Shown here: piece by piece, positions 29,918 through 39,412 of the stretch | Position numbering within the stretch: the first letter of the stretch is position 1 | Layout: every line of letters begins with the position of its first letter | Source of the DNA: a bacterium | GTDB lineage: Bacteria > Patescibacteriota > Minisyncoccia > UBA6257 > JAGOQP01 | NCBI GenBank assembly: GCA_021780615.1 | Contig: JAJXYJ010000020.1 | Location: forward strand, 1-55,033 | DNA length: 55,033 nucleotides | Direction: 5' to 3' | Translations under genes and position numbers: made by a program | Notes under the pieces: model-generated | Databases searched by the model: none | What the model was told of the DNA's origin: nothing | What the model saw: only the letters and a program-made list of their open reading frames with translations

Positions 29918-31164
29918 ACGCGCGATTGTTTATTTCGTACAAAAAGAGTCATCAGTCCACGAGTTACCGTAATGGCAGTAAACATGCTCACCAAAACACC
30001 CAACATCAACGTCAGTGCCAATCCTTTCACAAAACTTGAGGTGAAGTTAAATAAAATCAAAGAAGTAATAATGGTACTGATGTTTGAATCGCGAATAGAA
30101 GGCCATGCGCGGCGAAACCCTTCTTTAATGGCCGGCACGCGCTCAAGACCGCGGCGCAATTCTTCTTTAGTACGTTCAAAAATAAGAATGTTAGCATCTA
30201 CCGCCATACCAATGGAGAGTAGAAATCCAGCAATACCAGCAAGTGACATCGTCACAAATAATTTAAAGATAATCATGGAAATGACGATGTACACACCCAA
30301 CGCAATGGAAGCAAGGAATCCAAAGTAACGATAGTAGCCGATCATAAAAAGAATAACCAACAGCGTTCCAATAACACCGGCAACCAAGGACATATCCAAA
30401 GAATCTTTTCCTAAGCTTGCTCCAACGGTCTGTTGATTCACAAGACTAATCGGCGCAGGAAGGGCACCCGCATTAATATTTTGCGCGAGACTCTTTGCCT
30501 GATCAATAGTAAACTGACCACTGATAACCGCCTTGCCTCCCGGAATTCGTTCGTTGACCACGGGGCTGCTAATAAGTTGATTATCGACAAAGATACCAAT
30601 TTGTTTACCAATGTTATCTCCGGTCAATTGTTCAAATAACGTCGCACCCTGACCATTGAAGGTAAGGTCAACTTCGGCTTGATGAGTTGTCGGATCAAAA
30701 TTCAACTGTGCCGACTGCACATACTGACCGTTTAACTGACTAGAAACATATGTCGTCGTTGTCGCCGTAGAGGCCGCAACAGTGCGAAAATCCAAGAATG
30801 GTGTCTGTCCGATTTGAGCAATGGCCTGATTTACATCAGACACACCCGCCAACTCAATAACAAGATAGTAATCACTGCCAGATTGTGAAATGGCAACTTG
30901 AGGTTCTTTGACGCCAAAAGTATTAACGCGACGTTCCATAACATCACGCAGCCCGGCTAACGTTGACTGCAAGTCGCCTGACGCAATCTTTGAGGTATCT
31001 ATTTTATAGGTTAAGTGAGTACCCCCAACCAAATCAAGTCCCAACCGCCACGGGGCAGTATTACTTAACCATGAAGACCAGCTCGCTGGGTATACAAAAA
31101 AAACGCCCAAAATCGTTAGTGCCGCAATGGCTATCAGAAGGAGAATTGCATTCTTTTTAGTCAT
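29914..31164 (-). CDS. secD: protein translocase subunit SecD
   Basis: LGLDLVGG, AGALPAP, VGASLG, GMAVDANILIFER, IRDSNIST. Confidence 0.96.
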   Translation of the reverse strand: MTKKNAILLLIAIAALTILGVFFVYPASWSSWLSNTAPWRLGLDLVGGTHLTYKIDTSKIASGDLQSTLAGLRDVMERRVNTFGVKEPQVAISQSGSDYYLVIELAGVSDVNQAIAQIGQTPFLDFRTVAASTATTTTYVSSQLNGQYVQSAQLNFDPTTHQAEVDLTFNGQGATLFEQLTGDNIGKQIGIFVDNQLISSPVVNERIPGGKAVISGQFTIDQAKSLAQNINAGALPAPISLVNQQTVGASLGKDSLDMSLVAGVIGTLLVILFMIGYYRYFGFLASIALGVYIVISMIIFKLFVTMSLAGIAGFLLSIGMAVDANILIFERTKEELRRGLERVPAIKEGFRRAWPSIRDSNISTIITSLILFNFTSSFVKGLALTLMLGVLVSMFTAITVTRGLMTLFVRNKQSRV

Positions 31165-31269
31165 ACAAAAATTTGAAATGATGGTACCACAAAAAATAAG
31201 CAGAATCAATATGGAAAGGAACAGTGACAAGGGATATGTATTAAGAAGTAAGGAGTAAGACTTAAACAC

Positions 31270-31297
31270 AAAAGAAAAAGGAGCCGCGAGCGACTCC
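31270..31297 (-). terminator. rho-independent terminator after the glycerate kinase gene
   Basis: minus strand GGAGTCGC-tc-GCGGCTCC followed by TTTTTCTTTT. Confidence 0.75.
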
Positions 31298-31346
31298 CCT
31301 ATGATAACATATCACCTCCTCTACCGATTCCTTCAACCTTTTAACT

Positions 31347-32654
31347 TTAGACTTTTGATTTAATGACCACCATGATATCCGATACATTAAAACAGTTCTT
31401 TTGAGCAGTAACATGCCCACCTATTTTTTTAAAAAAATGATAAGAATCATTATCACGCAAGAATGTCTCCGCCGATAATCCTGCGCGCAGTGCGCTGTCT
31501 GCTATATCAGTATCAGCAATTGCCCCTGCCACATCAGTATTATCATAGGCATCAGACGCAACACTCGCCGCACACACGCTTTTGTATTGTTGAGCATCTT
31601 TCTGCATGGCCGCAACAACGCCCAGCGCCGCTTCCTGATTTCTTCCTCCTCTACCTGTGCCATGAATCGTTACCGTCGTTTCTCCGGCACATATAATCGT
31701 CTCCCTGTTGCCTACCTTCTGAGCCAACGGCCGCAGCGCTTTATAAGCCTCTCCACTCAACGCAAGAGATCCCACCGATGCAATATATCCCAGCGCTCGC
31801 GCTTTTTTCGTCATCGCCAACACCGCATCTTCATTGCAGGCAAGCATGTGATATGAAGACCGAGCAAATAATTCCTTGTCCTTGGGTGTTTCGGCAAGAG
31901 GACATTCCGGCACGCCATATTTTTTTAACAGAGCACTCGCACCAGTCACTGTTGTCGCATCATACATAGTCGGCCCGGATGCAATGGTTGCCATATCATT
32001 ACCACATACATCGGATACCACCAACGACACTTGCCGTGCCGGTGCGGCATATGCCGCAAGCCACCCCCCTTTCACTAAAGACGTATGCTTGCGCACCACG
32101 TTTAGTTCTTCAATGGCAGCCCCATGCTTTGTCAGGGCATCAAATGAAAATCGGGCGCACTTCATTTCTTCCATTGAGCCACACAACAAAGATGATCCGC
32201 CGCCGCCGACAAAATAAATCACCACATCATCCTTTGTAGCGGACCGCACCATGCGCACTATACGCTTGGTTGCCGCGACGTTCTGCCGTGAGGGCAGAGG
32301 GTGCGTGCCCCAAAACACATGCATACGAGAACCGGAGCGAGTATGATATTTTTTTTCTTGTAACACATCAATAACCACTCCTTCCGTCAGCCGGTTTTTG
32401 AGCTGTGAAGCAATGTACGCACATGCCACAGCAGACCCCTTTCCAAACCCCGCAAGATAGATGTGTCGCACGCCTTTTAATGACATGCGCGTGACCGATG
32501 CCGCGTCGCGAATAATAAGCGTATCGCCTGAAACGCGAAACCGTTTCGGCAGAAGCGCATCAATAGCAATCGCCTTGTATCCCGCCTCAAGAATGCGCAG
32601 CATATCGCGCCGCAGAGGAGTAAGAGGCGTGTGAGTATCATAAGAAACTAACAT
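31347..32654 (-). CDS. glycerate kinase (DUF4147/MOFRL family)
   Basis: GFGKG, HPLPS, GGGSSL, ELNVVRKH.S.VKGG, SDV, IASGPT, GETTV..GRGGRNQE. Confidence 0.9.
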   Translation of the reverse strand: MLVSYDTHTPLTPLRRDMLRILEAGYKAIAIDALLPKRFRVSGDTLIIRDAASVTRMSLKGVRHIYLAGFGKGSAVACAYIASQLKNRLTEGVVIDVLQEKKYHTRSGSRMHVFWGTHPLPSRQNVAATKRIVRMVRSATKDDVVIYFVGGGGSSLLCGSMEEMKCARFSFDALTKHGAAIEELNVVRKHTSLVKGGWLAAYAAPARQVSLVVSDVCGNDMATIASGPTMYDATTVTGASALLKKYGVPECPLAETPKDKELFARSSYHMLACNEDAVLAMTKKARALGYIASVGSLALSGEAYKALRPLAQKVGNRETIICAGETTVTIHGTGRGGRNQEAALGVVAAMQKDAQQYKSVCAASVASDAYDNTDVAGAIADTDIADSALRAGLSAETFLRDNDSYHFFKKIGGHVTAQKNCFNVSDIMVVIKSKV

Positions 32655-32749
32655 AGAATAAGCATACCATACTGTATGCGCGTATAACAAAAAAATTTTA
32701 AATTTCTGCTATCACAAAAAATGGATACATGTTCAGATACAAAAATCCT

Positions 32750-32787
32750 CCCTGACATTTTCTGACGACCGTCAGAAAATGTCAGGG
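32750..32787. repeat. 38-bp palindrome (CGACCG-centred family)
   Basis: CCCTGACATTTTCTGACG-ac-CGTCAGAAAATGTCAGGG. Confidence 0.95.
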
Positions 32788-32813
32788 GTATGTTTTCCCA
32801 CACATCATAAACA

Positions 32814-32855
32814 CACATCTTACCATAGTGACGATCGTCACTATGGTAAGATGTG
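32814..32855. repeat. 42-bp perfect palindrome (CGATCG-centred family)
   Basis: CACATCTTACCATAGTGACGA|TCGTCACTATGGTAAGATGTG. Confidence 0.95.
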
Positions 32856-32925
32856 GGTGATGTGGGATGCGTCGTTTGAAATCGTTTAGAATTGTAATTT
32901 CTTCTTTTTTTACGTCCCTCGTCTC

Positions 32926-35900
32926 CTATTTCACTTTCTTTATGCCGATCCATACGGCATACGTATCAACTTTTGTTTCAATTTCCGCATCAAATTTCTC
33001 CACGCGACTATACACGATGCGTTTTGCTCCCACATCCTTACACAATGACGCTTCATGATGTTGCATCATAGCTATAAGATTGCTGTCCGCAACAACGTAT
33101 AATTCAACGACATCTTTGGGTACATAGCCGGCCGCTTGGCGCAAGTCTTGAATGACACGCGTCAACTCACGAATAACCCCTTCCATTTTTAATGCCGGTG
33201 TTATAACCGTATCAAGTACAAAATCCTGCTCAAGTGCGGCATTAAATACAACACTCTTCACATTAACTTCATCGGCTACAATCGCCAACAATGCATCAGA
33301 AAATTTCCCCTTCAGTTTCGCCCCCTTGATAGTCAACGTTCCTAATGGCTGACGAACTTTTATCCCCGCAGAAGCACGTTGCGCTAACACACCGCTGGCA
33401 ATACCGCGAATCCATGCCATGGAAGTCATCAACTGTTTATCAGAAGCACCAGATCGCACCGTTGGCCAGAGCGTTATATGCACCGAATCATCTTTTTTAA
33501 AGGTATAGGATTTTGCCAATGACTGATACAGCTCTTCGGCAAAAAATGGCGTGAAGGGAGCAATAATTTTTGACGTCTGCAATAACACATACGCCAATGT
33601 ACCCGATGCCGCTTTCCAATCTTTGACATCGTCGGGCTTTTGAAACCGCCGTCGTGATCGACGAATATACCAACGAGAAAGATCATCGATAAATTGCTCA
33701 ATGCACGATGCCGCACCAACAACGTCATACGCATCCATCGCCTCCTTCACCTCGCGAGAACACGCGGCTAAACGCGCCACAATCCATACATCAACAGGAT
33801 GGTCAGACGCAGGAGCTTCCTGAATAGAAAGCTTATCTTTGCCGTATAAATGCAGAAATGTATATGAGTTATACAATACCATCAAAAATCGCCGCGATGC
33901 TTTACTGATATCCTGTTCATTAAAATTTTTCGGTTCTGCCGGAGAATTGACGGTATAAAAATACCAACGAATAGCATCGACGCCATACGTTTGAATAAGT
34001 GACCACGGATCAACCACGTTACCTTTTGACTTGGACATCTTTTGTCCATTCTTATCCAACACCAATCCCAACGACAACACATTCTTGTACGGCGTCCCTA
34101 ACCCCAACATGACCGCCACGGCCATAAGGGTATAAAACCACCCGCGCGTCTGATCGATGCCTTCACAGATAAAATCAGCGGGAAATCCAGGAGGAGTAGT
34201 GGGTACGTTGCTTGCTTTCAGTGTCTTAGTAGCACTCATTTTTTCTCCCGGTGCACCAAACGGAAAATGAGTAGAACCATACGGCATTGATCCTGAATCA
34301 AACCACACATCAGCAACATCGGGCACCCGATGCATCGTGTGACGACACGAAGAACAGAGCAACTCTATGGTATCAACATAGGGACGATGGATATCAAGAT
34401 AGCCATACTCATCAATAGGAAAGTTATCATATGCCACCTCCTTGAAAGTGGCAGGCTTCATATACGGGAAATTTTTTGCGACAGCTTCTTGGTCGGTAGC
34501 GTGTCGAAAAATCGCTTCAAGCATCCACAACGGATCGCCGTGGCTCACGATAAGAATTTTTTTGCCGTGATACCGCGCATCAACATCTTTTATAAAAGAA
34601 GTTACCCGTTTACGGACATCGCGCAATGTTTCTCCTCCTTCCGGCGCCTCAGAAAAACGCGTACGCACATCAGGAAATGTCTTCAAAAAATCTTCAACTG
34701 GCTTATTGTTAAATACTCCCACTTGTAACTCAATGAGCCGATCATCGGTAACAACATCAGCACCGGTCGTTTCAGCAACAATCGCCGCTGTCTCCTGCGT
34801 TCGATGTAACGGTGATGCAAAAATAATATCCACTCCTTCTTGTGCCAATTTTTTTGCCTGCGCGCGAACCGCAGTTATTCCTTTCTGCGTAAGAACCGAT
34901 GTGTATTCTTTTGTTTCGGGAGCCGAGGCGCTACGCTTTTCCACGTTCGCCGTCGCTTCTCCATGCCGCATAAACAAGAATGTATTATGTCGCACCCGAT
35001 GAGTATTTAAATCTTCTAAACTCCCCGCAACCATCATCTTGCCGCACGCATCACACCGCCATATGGGAAGTGGCGTTCCCCAAAAACGTTCGCGCGATAT
35101 TGCCCAATCTTTTGCCTGCCCGATCCATTCTCCAAATCGTCCCTCCTTCAAATACGCAGGCACCCAGTTCACCGTGCTATTCGCTTTCGTGAGTCCCGCA
35201 CGCACGCGCGATACTTCAAAAAACCACGAGGTCCGCGCCATATAGAGCAGCGGCGTCGAACAACGCCAACAGAACGGATATTCATGTTCCGCTTTTGTAA
35301 AGAAAAATAGTAAGCCACGCGCATCCAAATCCTTCACAATCATCTTATCCGCATCTTTCACAAAGAGTCCCTCACCCACAAATCCTTTGGACACCGTACC
35401 ATCCGCTTCAACGGTGTGAGGCAATACGGCATCGCGCATACCCTCCGAAAAAACGAGCGCAAAATCATCCTCGCCAAACGTTGGCGCGATATGCACCAAT
35501 CCCGTACCATCACCCGTGGAAACAAAATCTCCCCCCAATACCGTGTAAAGTGGCACGGGTACCTGCACCTCAGGTTGCGCCACACGAAGATCGTAGAGTG
35601 GTTCATACTCCCAACCAATCATATCTTTCCCTGCAATCGTCTCTATAGATTTTGGCGTCACGCCCTGTAAAGCAGATTCGGGAATAGTATGTGCCCACAC
35701 AAACTTCTCGCCAATCTGATACTTCGTATATGCCACTGTTGGCGAAAGCGCGATTGCCACATTAGCCGACAACGTCCAGGGTGTTGTGGTCCACACCAAT
35801 AAATACTCATCTTTTTTTCCTTTCAGCGGAAAAAGCACAAATACCGACGGATCAGGCACCGTTTTATACACTCCCGGCTGTCCCAATTCATGATTAGCCA

Positions 35901-36468
35901 ACGTCGTCTGACACCGCGGACAATACGGAGTCACTTTATAAAATTCCTTCAAAAAATTTTTATCATACAGTGATTTAAACACCCACCATAAACTCTCCAC
36001 AAAATCTGGCGTGTACGTTACATACGCATGATCCAAATCAAGCCAATAACCAATACGGTCGGTAAGTTTTTCCCACTCATCTTTATATTTAAAAATGGAT
36101 TCTTTCGCTTTTTCATTAAATCGCTCAATACCCAACGCCTCAATTTCTTTTTTAGTAGAAATCCCCAACGCTTTTTCGGCGGCAATTTCAATCGGTAATC
36201 CGTGTGTATCCCAGCCTGCCTTGCGCGGTACCACAAATCCCTGCATCGTCTTGTAGCGCAAAAACACGTCTTTCATGACGCGCGAGAGAATGTGATGGAT
36301 ACCGGGACGCCCATTGGCATACGGCGGCCCCTCCCAAAAATAGAACGTCTTTGTACGCACCCCCTTTTTGGGCGTGATACTTTTTTGAAAAATATGTTTT
36401 TCTTTCCAAAGGGAAAGCACCTTTTCTTCCAATTCAGAAGGTGAAAATGATTTCAGATTTCGCAACAT
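32926..36468 (-). CDS. ileS: isoleucyl-tRNA synthetase type 2 with inserted histidine-phosphatase domain
   Basis: EGPPYANG, GWDTHGLPIE, WTTTPWTL, DWAISRERFWGTP, DVWFDSG, EGIDQTRGWFY, KMSKSKGN, LSRWYIRRSRRRF. Confidence 0.96.
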   Translation of the reverse strand: MLRNLKSFSPSELEEKVLSLWKEKHIFQKSITPKKGVRTKTFYFWEGPPYANGRPGIHHILSRVMKDVFLRYKTMQGFVVPRKAGWDTHGLPIEIAAEKALGISTKKEIEALGIERFNEKAKESIFKYKDEWEKLTDRIGYWLDLDHAYVTYTPDFVESLWWVFKSLYDKNFLKEFYKVTPYCPRCQTTLANHELGQPGVYKTVPDPSVFVLFPLKGKKDEYLLVWTTTPWTLSANVAIALSPTVAYTKYQIGEKFVWAHTIPESALQGVTPKSIETIAGKDMIGWEYEPLYDLRVAQPEVQVPVPLYTVLGGDFVSTGDGTGLVHIAPTFGEDDFALVFSEGMRDAVLPHTVEADGTVSKGFVGEGLFVKDADKMIVKDLDARGLLFFFTKAEHEYPFCWRCSTPLLYMARTSWFFEVSRVRAGLTKANSTVNWVPAYLKEGRFGEWIGQAKDWAISRERFWGTPLPIWRCDACGKMMVAGSLEDLNTHRVRHNTFLFMRHGEATANVEKRSASAPETKEYTSVLTQKGITAVRAQAKKLAQEGVDIIFASPLHRTQETAAIVAETTGADVVTDDRLIELQVGVFNNKPVEDFLKTFPDVRTRFSEAPEGGETLRDVRKRVTSFIKDVDARYHGKKILIVSHGDPLWMLEAIFRHATDQEAVAKNFPYMKPATFKEVAYDNFPIDEYGYLDIHRPYVDTIELLCSSCRHTMHRVPDVADVWFDSGSMPYGSTHFPFGAPGEKMSATKTLKASNVPTTPPGFPADFICEGIDQTRGWFYTLMAVAVMLGLGTPYKNVLSLGLVLDKNGQKMSKSKGNVVDPWSLIQTYGVDAIRWYFYTVNSPAEPKNFNEQDISKASRRFLMVLYNSYTFLHLYGKDKLSIQEAPASDHPVDVWIVARLAACSREVKEAMDAYDVVGAASCIEQFIDDLSRWYIRRSRRRFQKPDDVKDWKAASGTLAYVLLQTSKIIAPFTPFFAEELYQSLAKSYTFKKDDSVHITLWPTVRSGASDKQLMTSMAWIRGIASGVLAQRASAGIKVRQPLGTLTIKGAKLKGKFSDALLAIVADEVNVKSVVFNAALEQDFVLDTVITPALKMEGVIRELTRVIQDLRQAAGYVPKDVVELYVVADSNLIAMMQHHEASLCKDVGAKRIVYSRVEKFDAEIETKVDTYAVWIGIKKVK

Positions 36469-36562
36469 ATATAGTTATGGTGATATGTGCCATCATACAG
36501 AAAAATCCCCTAAAAGTGAAGGCGATTGCCTCAAACAAGCAAATGCTTTACGATGTATGCGT

Positions 36563-37006
36563 ATGGACGCCATAGAGAATAGAAAAGCTCGTCATGAATA
36601 TGCAATTTTAGACACCGTTGACGCCGGCCTTGTTTTGCAAGGCCAAGAAGTGAAGTCTATACGCGGCGGAAAGGCATCGCTTGCCGGCGCCTATGTTAAA
36701 ATCTATAACCATGAAGCATGGCTTATCAATGCCCATATCAGCCCCTATCAAGAAAAAAATACTCCCACTTCATATGACCCTCTCCGTTCCCGCAAAGTGC
36801 TCTTGCACGCGCACCAAATTGCTGATTTACTGGCTCAAACACAGGGAAAAGGATTGACACTTATCCCACTTTTGTTGTATAATAAAAACGGTCATATTAA
36901 GCTTTCCCTTGGTCTTGCTCAAGGAAAAAAGGCTCCCGACAAACGAGCCAGCATCAAAGAACGCGAAGTAAAACGAAGTATTAATCAAACTCTTAAATTT
37001 CGCTAA
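36563..37006 (+). CDS. smpB: SsrA-binding protein
   Basis: NRKARHEY, AGLVLQGQEVKSIR, RSRKVLLH, GKKAPDKR; adjacent to tmRNA. Confidence 0.96.
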   Translation: MDAIENRKARHEYAILDTVDAGLVLQGQEVKSIRGGKASLAGAYVKIYNHEAWLINAHISPYQEKNTPTSYDPLRSRKVLLHAHQIADLLAQTQGKGLTLIPLLLYNKNGHIKLSLGLAQGKKAPDKRASIKEREVKRSINQTLKFR

Positions 37007-37125
37007 ACTGTCACATATCGTATTGGTAATCGTTTTTCTTATTGAGAATCGCACCTTTAAAAATAACTGGAAAAAATTTTCTCCAGCTTTATAACTTTAT
37101 AAACTTTCAACTTTTAACTACTACT

Positions 37126-37459
37126 GGGGATGCCAGGCATCGACAGGGTATATACTGTATAGAATGCAAGCAGAGCTGACCACCTCTTTAACTGGTCAAA
37201 ACAATAGCTGCGAACAAACAACCAGCGCTCGCGTTTGCCTAAGAACAACCACGAGTTTTCTCTCCTCGTATAACGCAGGAGGGCATCGGTGCCCAACGCC
37301 TCATAGGGGTTACACCGGTGTTATATATGAGGCTCGCCGCGATTGAATGGTTCATAGATCACGGTTAAAAAAGAACCACCTATTGTTGAGTTATCAACTA
37401 AGCTTGTAGATGTTCTATGGAGCCTATCCTGCACGCGGGTTCAACTCCCGCCATCTCCA
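37126..37459 (+). ncRNA. ssrA: tmRNA, tag peptide (A)ANKQPALAFA at 37210-37242
   Basis: 5' GGGGATG pairs with 3' CATCTCC-A including a G3:U pair, TCGAC early, T-arm GCGGGTTCAACTCCCGC, internal tag ORF ending ALAFA*, downstream of smpB. Confidence 0.93.
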
Positions 37460-37628
37460 CTACTTCGCCCTTCTTTCCTTAAAACTACAGAAGACACCGC
37501 AAGGCTTCGTAGTGTACCCCTTTTCCCCAGTTACCGATTACGTATCTTCCCTTGACTCCCCCTCTTTCTCTCTGGCATGCTCATAAACAGAACTTATAAA
37601 AAATTTTTAAAAACAGAAAGGAGTATGT

Positions 37629-37874
37629 ATGGCTGTACTATTATTAGAAAAGAAATCCTGTCATGAAAATTGGGAATCATTAGAAAAACAACTTCCCAAA
37701 GGATTCTTTAAAACTTCTTTTATGGAGGGGGTGGCAATCCACTACGCCAATCAATCCATGGCACGCGAAGCAATCTTATCCCTACAAGGGATATGTAAAA
37801 TTATTTTAGTAGGAAATATGCAGCCAAAAGCAAAAAGAAAGCCCCCACCCGATTGGGAGAAGCTTATGTCTTAA
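37629..37874 (+). CDS. small hypothetical protein
   Basis: 81 aa, AAGGAG 5 nt upstream, TTGACT promoter-like element at 37552. Confidence 0.65.
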   Translation: MAVLLLEKKSCHENWESLEKQLPKGFFKTSFMEGVAIHYANQSMAREAILSLQGICKIILVGNMQPKAKRKPPPDWEKLMS

Positions 37875-37932
37875 GATTTTATATACCGTCCATAAAGACG
37901 GTATATTTTTTAACATATATAATAAGTAACAA

Positions 37933-38424
37933 CTACTCCCCAATCGCCTGGTTACTCACATGCTTCACATACCAGGGTTGCGTGCGTATCCACCGATATA
38001 TCGCCCACGACACAATAATTGCAATCACCACGCTCCCGGCAATATCTACAATGTGATGCACGCCCACATACACGCGCGACACTCCCACCATAAGCGTTAA
38101 GACCCACAACACCATGCTCGTATACTTATTAAACGGATAAAGTACTGATGCCAGCGCACCCCCCAGCAACGCATGATCGGAGGGAAATCCATTATCGGGT
38201 GCATGGGCGACAAGCGGCTCAAAGTGCCCCACCACAAAAGGCCGCGGATCATAAAAGACCAACGCTACAATCTTTGCCACAATATAAATTGCCGGTAATG
38301 CCGCGATAGAAAACAACAATAAACGCGTTCGAACTCCTCGTTCTTGAAAAAGAAAGAAGAGCACAAAAATAATGGCGACAATAAAAATAAGATATTTTGC
38401 TCCAAAAATAAAAATAATATGCAT
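37933..38424 (-). CDS. PAP2-family undecaprenyl-diphosphatase-like protein
   Basis: DPRPF, GFPSDH, SRVYVGVHHIVD. Confidence 0.88.
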   Translation of the reverse strand: MHIIFIFGAKYLIFIVAIIFVLFFLFQERGVRTRLLLFSIAALPAIYIVAKIVALVFYDPRPFVVGHFEPLVAHAPDNGFPSDHALLGGALASVLYPFNKYTSMVLWVLTLMVGVSRVYVGVHHIVDIAGSVVIAIIVSWAIYRWIRTQPWYVKHVSNQAIGE

Positions 38425-38589
38425 ATAGATAAGTGTACTATGAAATAACACAATACAAAAGTAGGGACGCACCCATTATAGAACATCCTTTGGATACATC
38501 TGTTTGACAAAAGACCGCTTATAATGCTATCGTAGAGCACAGCTTAGCATATCAGCAATGATATGTTTGCGGTTTAATCACATCTTATC

Positions 38590-39132
38590 TTGCGTAACGA
38601 TCGACGATACACCCCCTACACGCCTCCCAAACGCTATATCATGAATCATGACATAGCCTCTCCCACTATTCGTGTTATCAACGAACAAGGGGAGAATGTG
38701 GGCATTTTATCAAAAGATGAAGCGCTCCAGTTGGCGGTACAACAGGGTCTGGACTTGATCCAAATCAACGCACAGGTAGATCCCCCTATCGCAAAAATAA
38801 TCAGTTTTGACAAGTTTCGCTACCAACAAGAAAAAGAAGAGAAGCGCCAATTGGCACAGCATCGTTCGGTGGCAGAAATGAAGCAGGTACGTATTTCAGT
38901 CCGTGCCGCAGAAAATGATTTAAAAATCAAAGCTGCAAAGATAGATGAGTTTTTATCGAAAGGGCACAAAGTTGAAATCATGCTTGCACTCCGCGGACGT
39001 GAAAAATACAACCGCGAGTGGATTGCTCTGCGCCTTGAACAATTTCTGGCAATGATTGCCACCGATTACAAAATCACCTCACCCCAAAAACAAGGTGGAA
39101 GAGGCATTACGATACAAATAGCAAACAAATAA
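38590..39132 (+). CDS. infC: translation initiation factor IF-3 (probable non-AUG start)
   Basis: IRVINEQGENVG, GLDLIQI, PPIAKI, KVEIML.LRGRE; infC-rpmI-rplT order. Confidence 0.93.
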   Translation: MRNDRRYTPYTPPKRYIMNHDIASPTIRVINEQGENVGILSKDEALQLAVQQGLDLIQINAQVDPPIAKIISFDKFRYQQEKEEKRQLAQHRSVAEMKQVRISVRAAENDLKIKAAKIDEFLSKGHKVEIMLALRGREKYNREWIALRLEQFLAMIATDYKITSPQKQGGRGITIQIANK

Positions 39133-39140
39133 ACACCCGT

Positions 39141-39323
39141 ATGAAAAAATCAGTCACTACACGTTTCCGTGTTACCAAAAACGGCAAAGGCATTCAGCGC
39201 AAAATGGCGCAGTGCCATTTCCGCGCAAAAAAGAGTGGCGTTCAGCAGATGCGCAAAGGCCGTCCGTTGCAATCAAGCAAGAGTCTGGTACGCCATATCG
39301 TCTCCAAACAGGGAGAGCTATAA
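39141..39323 (+). CDS. rpmI: 50S ribosomal protein L35
   Basis: KSVTTRFRVTKNGK, HFRAKK; between infC and rplT. Confidence 0.9.
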   Translation: MKKSVTTRFRVTKNGKGIQRKMAQCHFRAKKSGVQQMRKGRPLQSSKSLVRHIVSKQGEL

Positions 39324-39412
39324 GACCAGTTCAAAGTTGAAAGTTATAAAGAAATTTTTTAAGACCGACCGCTTTCAACTTTACAACATGATAACGTTAT
39401 AACGAATATATT

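Noticed and set aside
37114-37346. 60-aa ORFs on both strands
   Set aside because: They lie within tmRNA.
37460-37930. Island integrated at tmRNA
   Set aside because: Only one small orphan follows; no integrase and no duplicated tmRNA 3' end seen.
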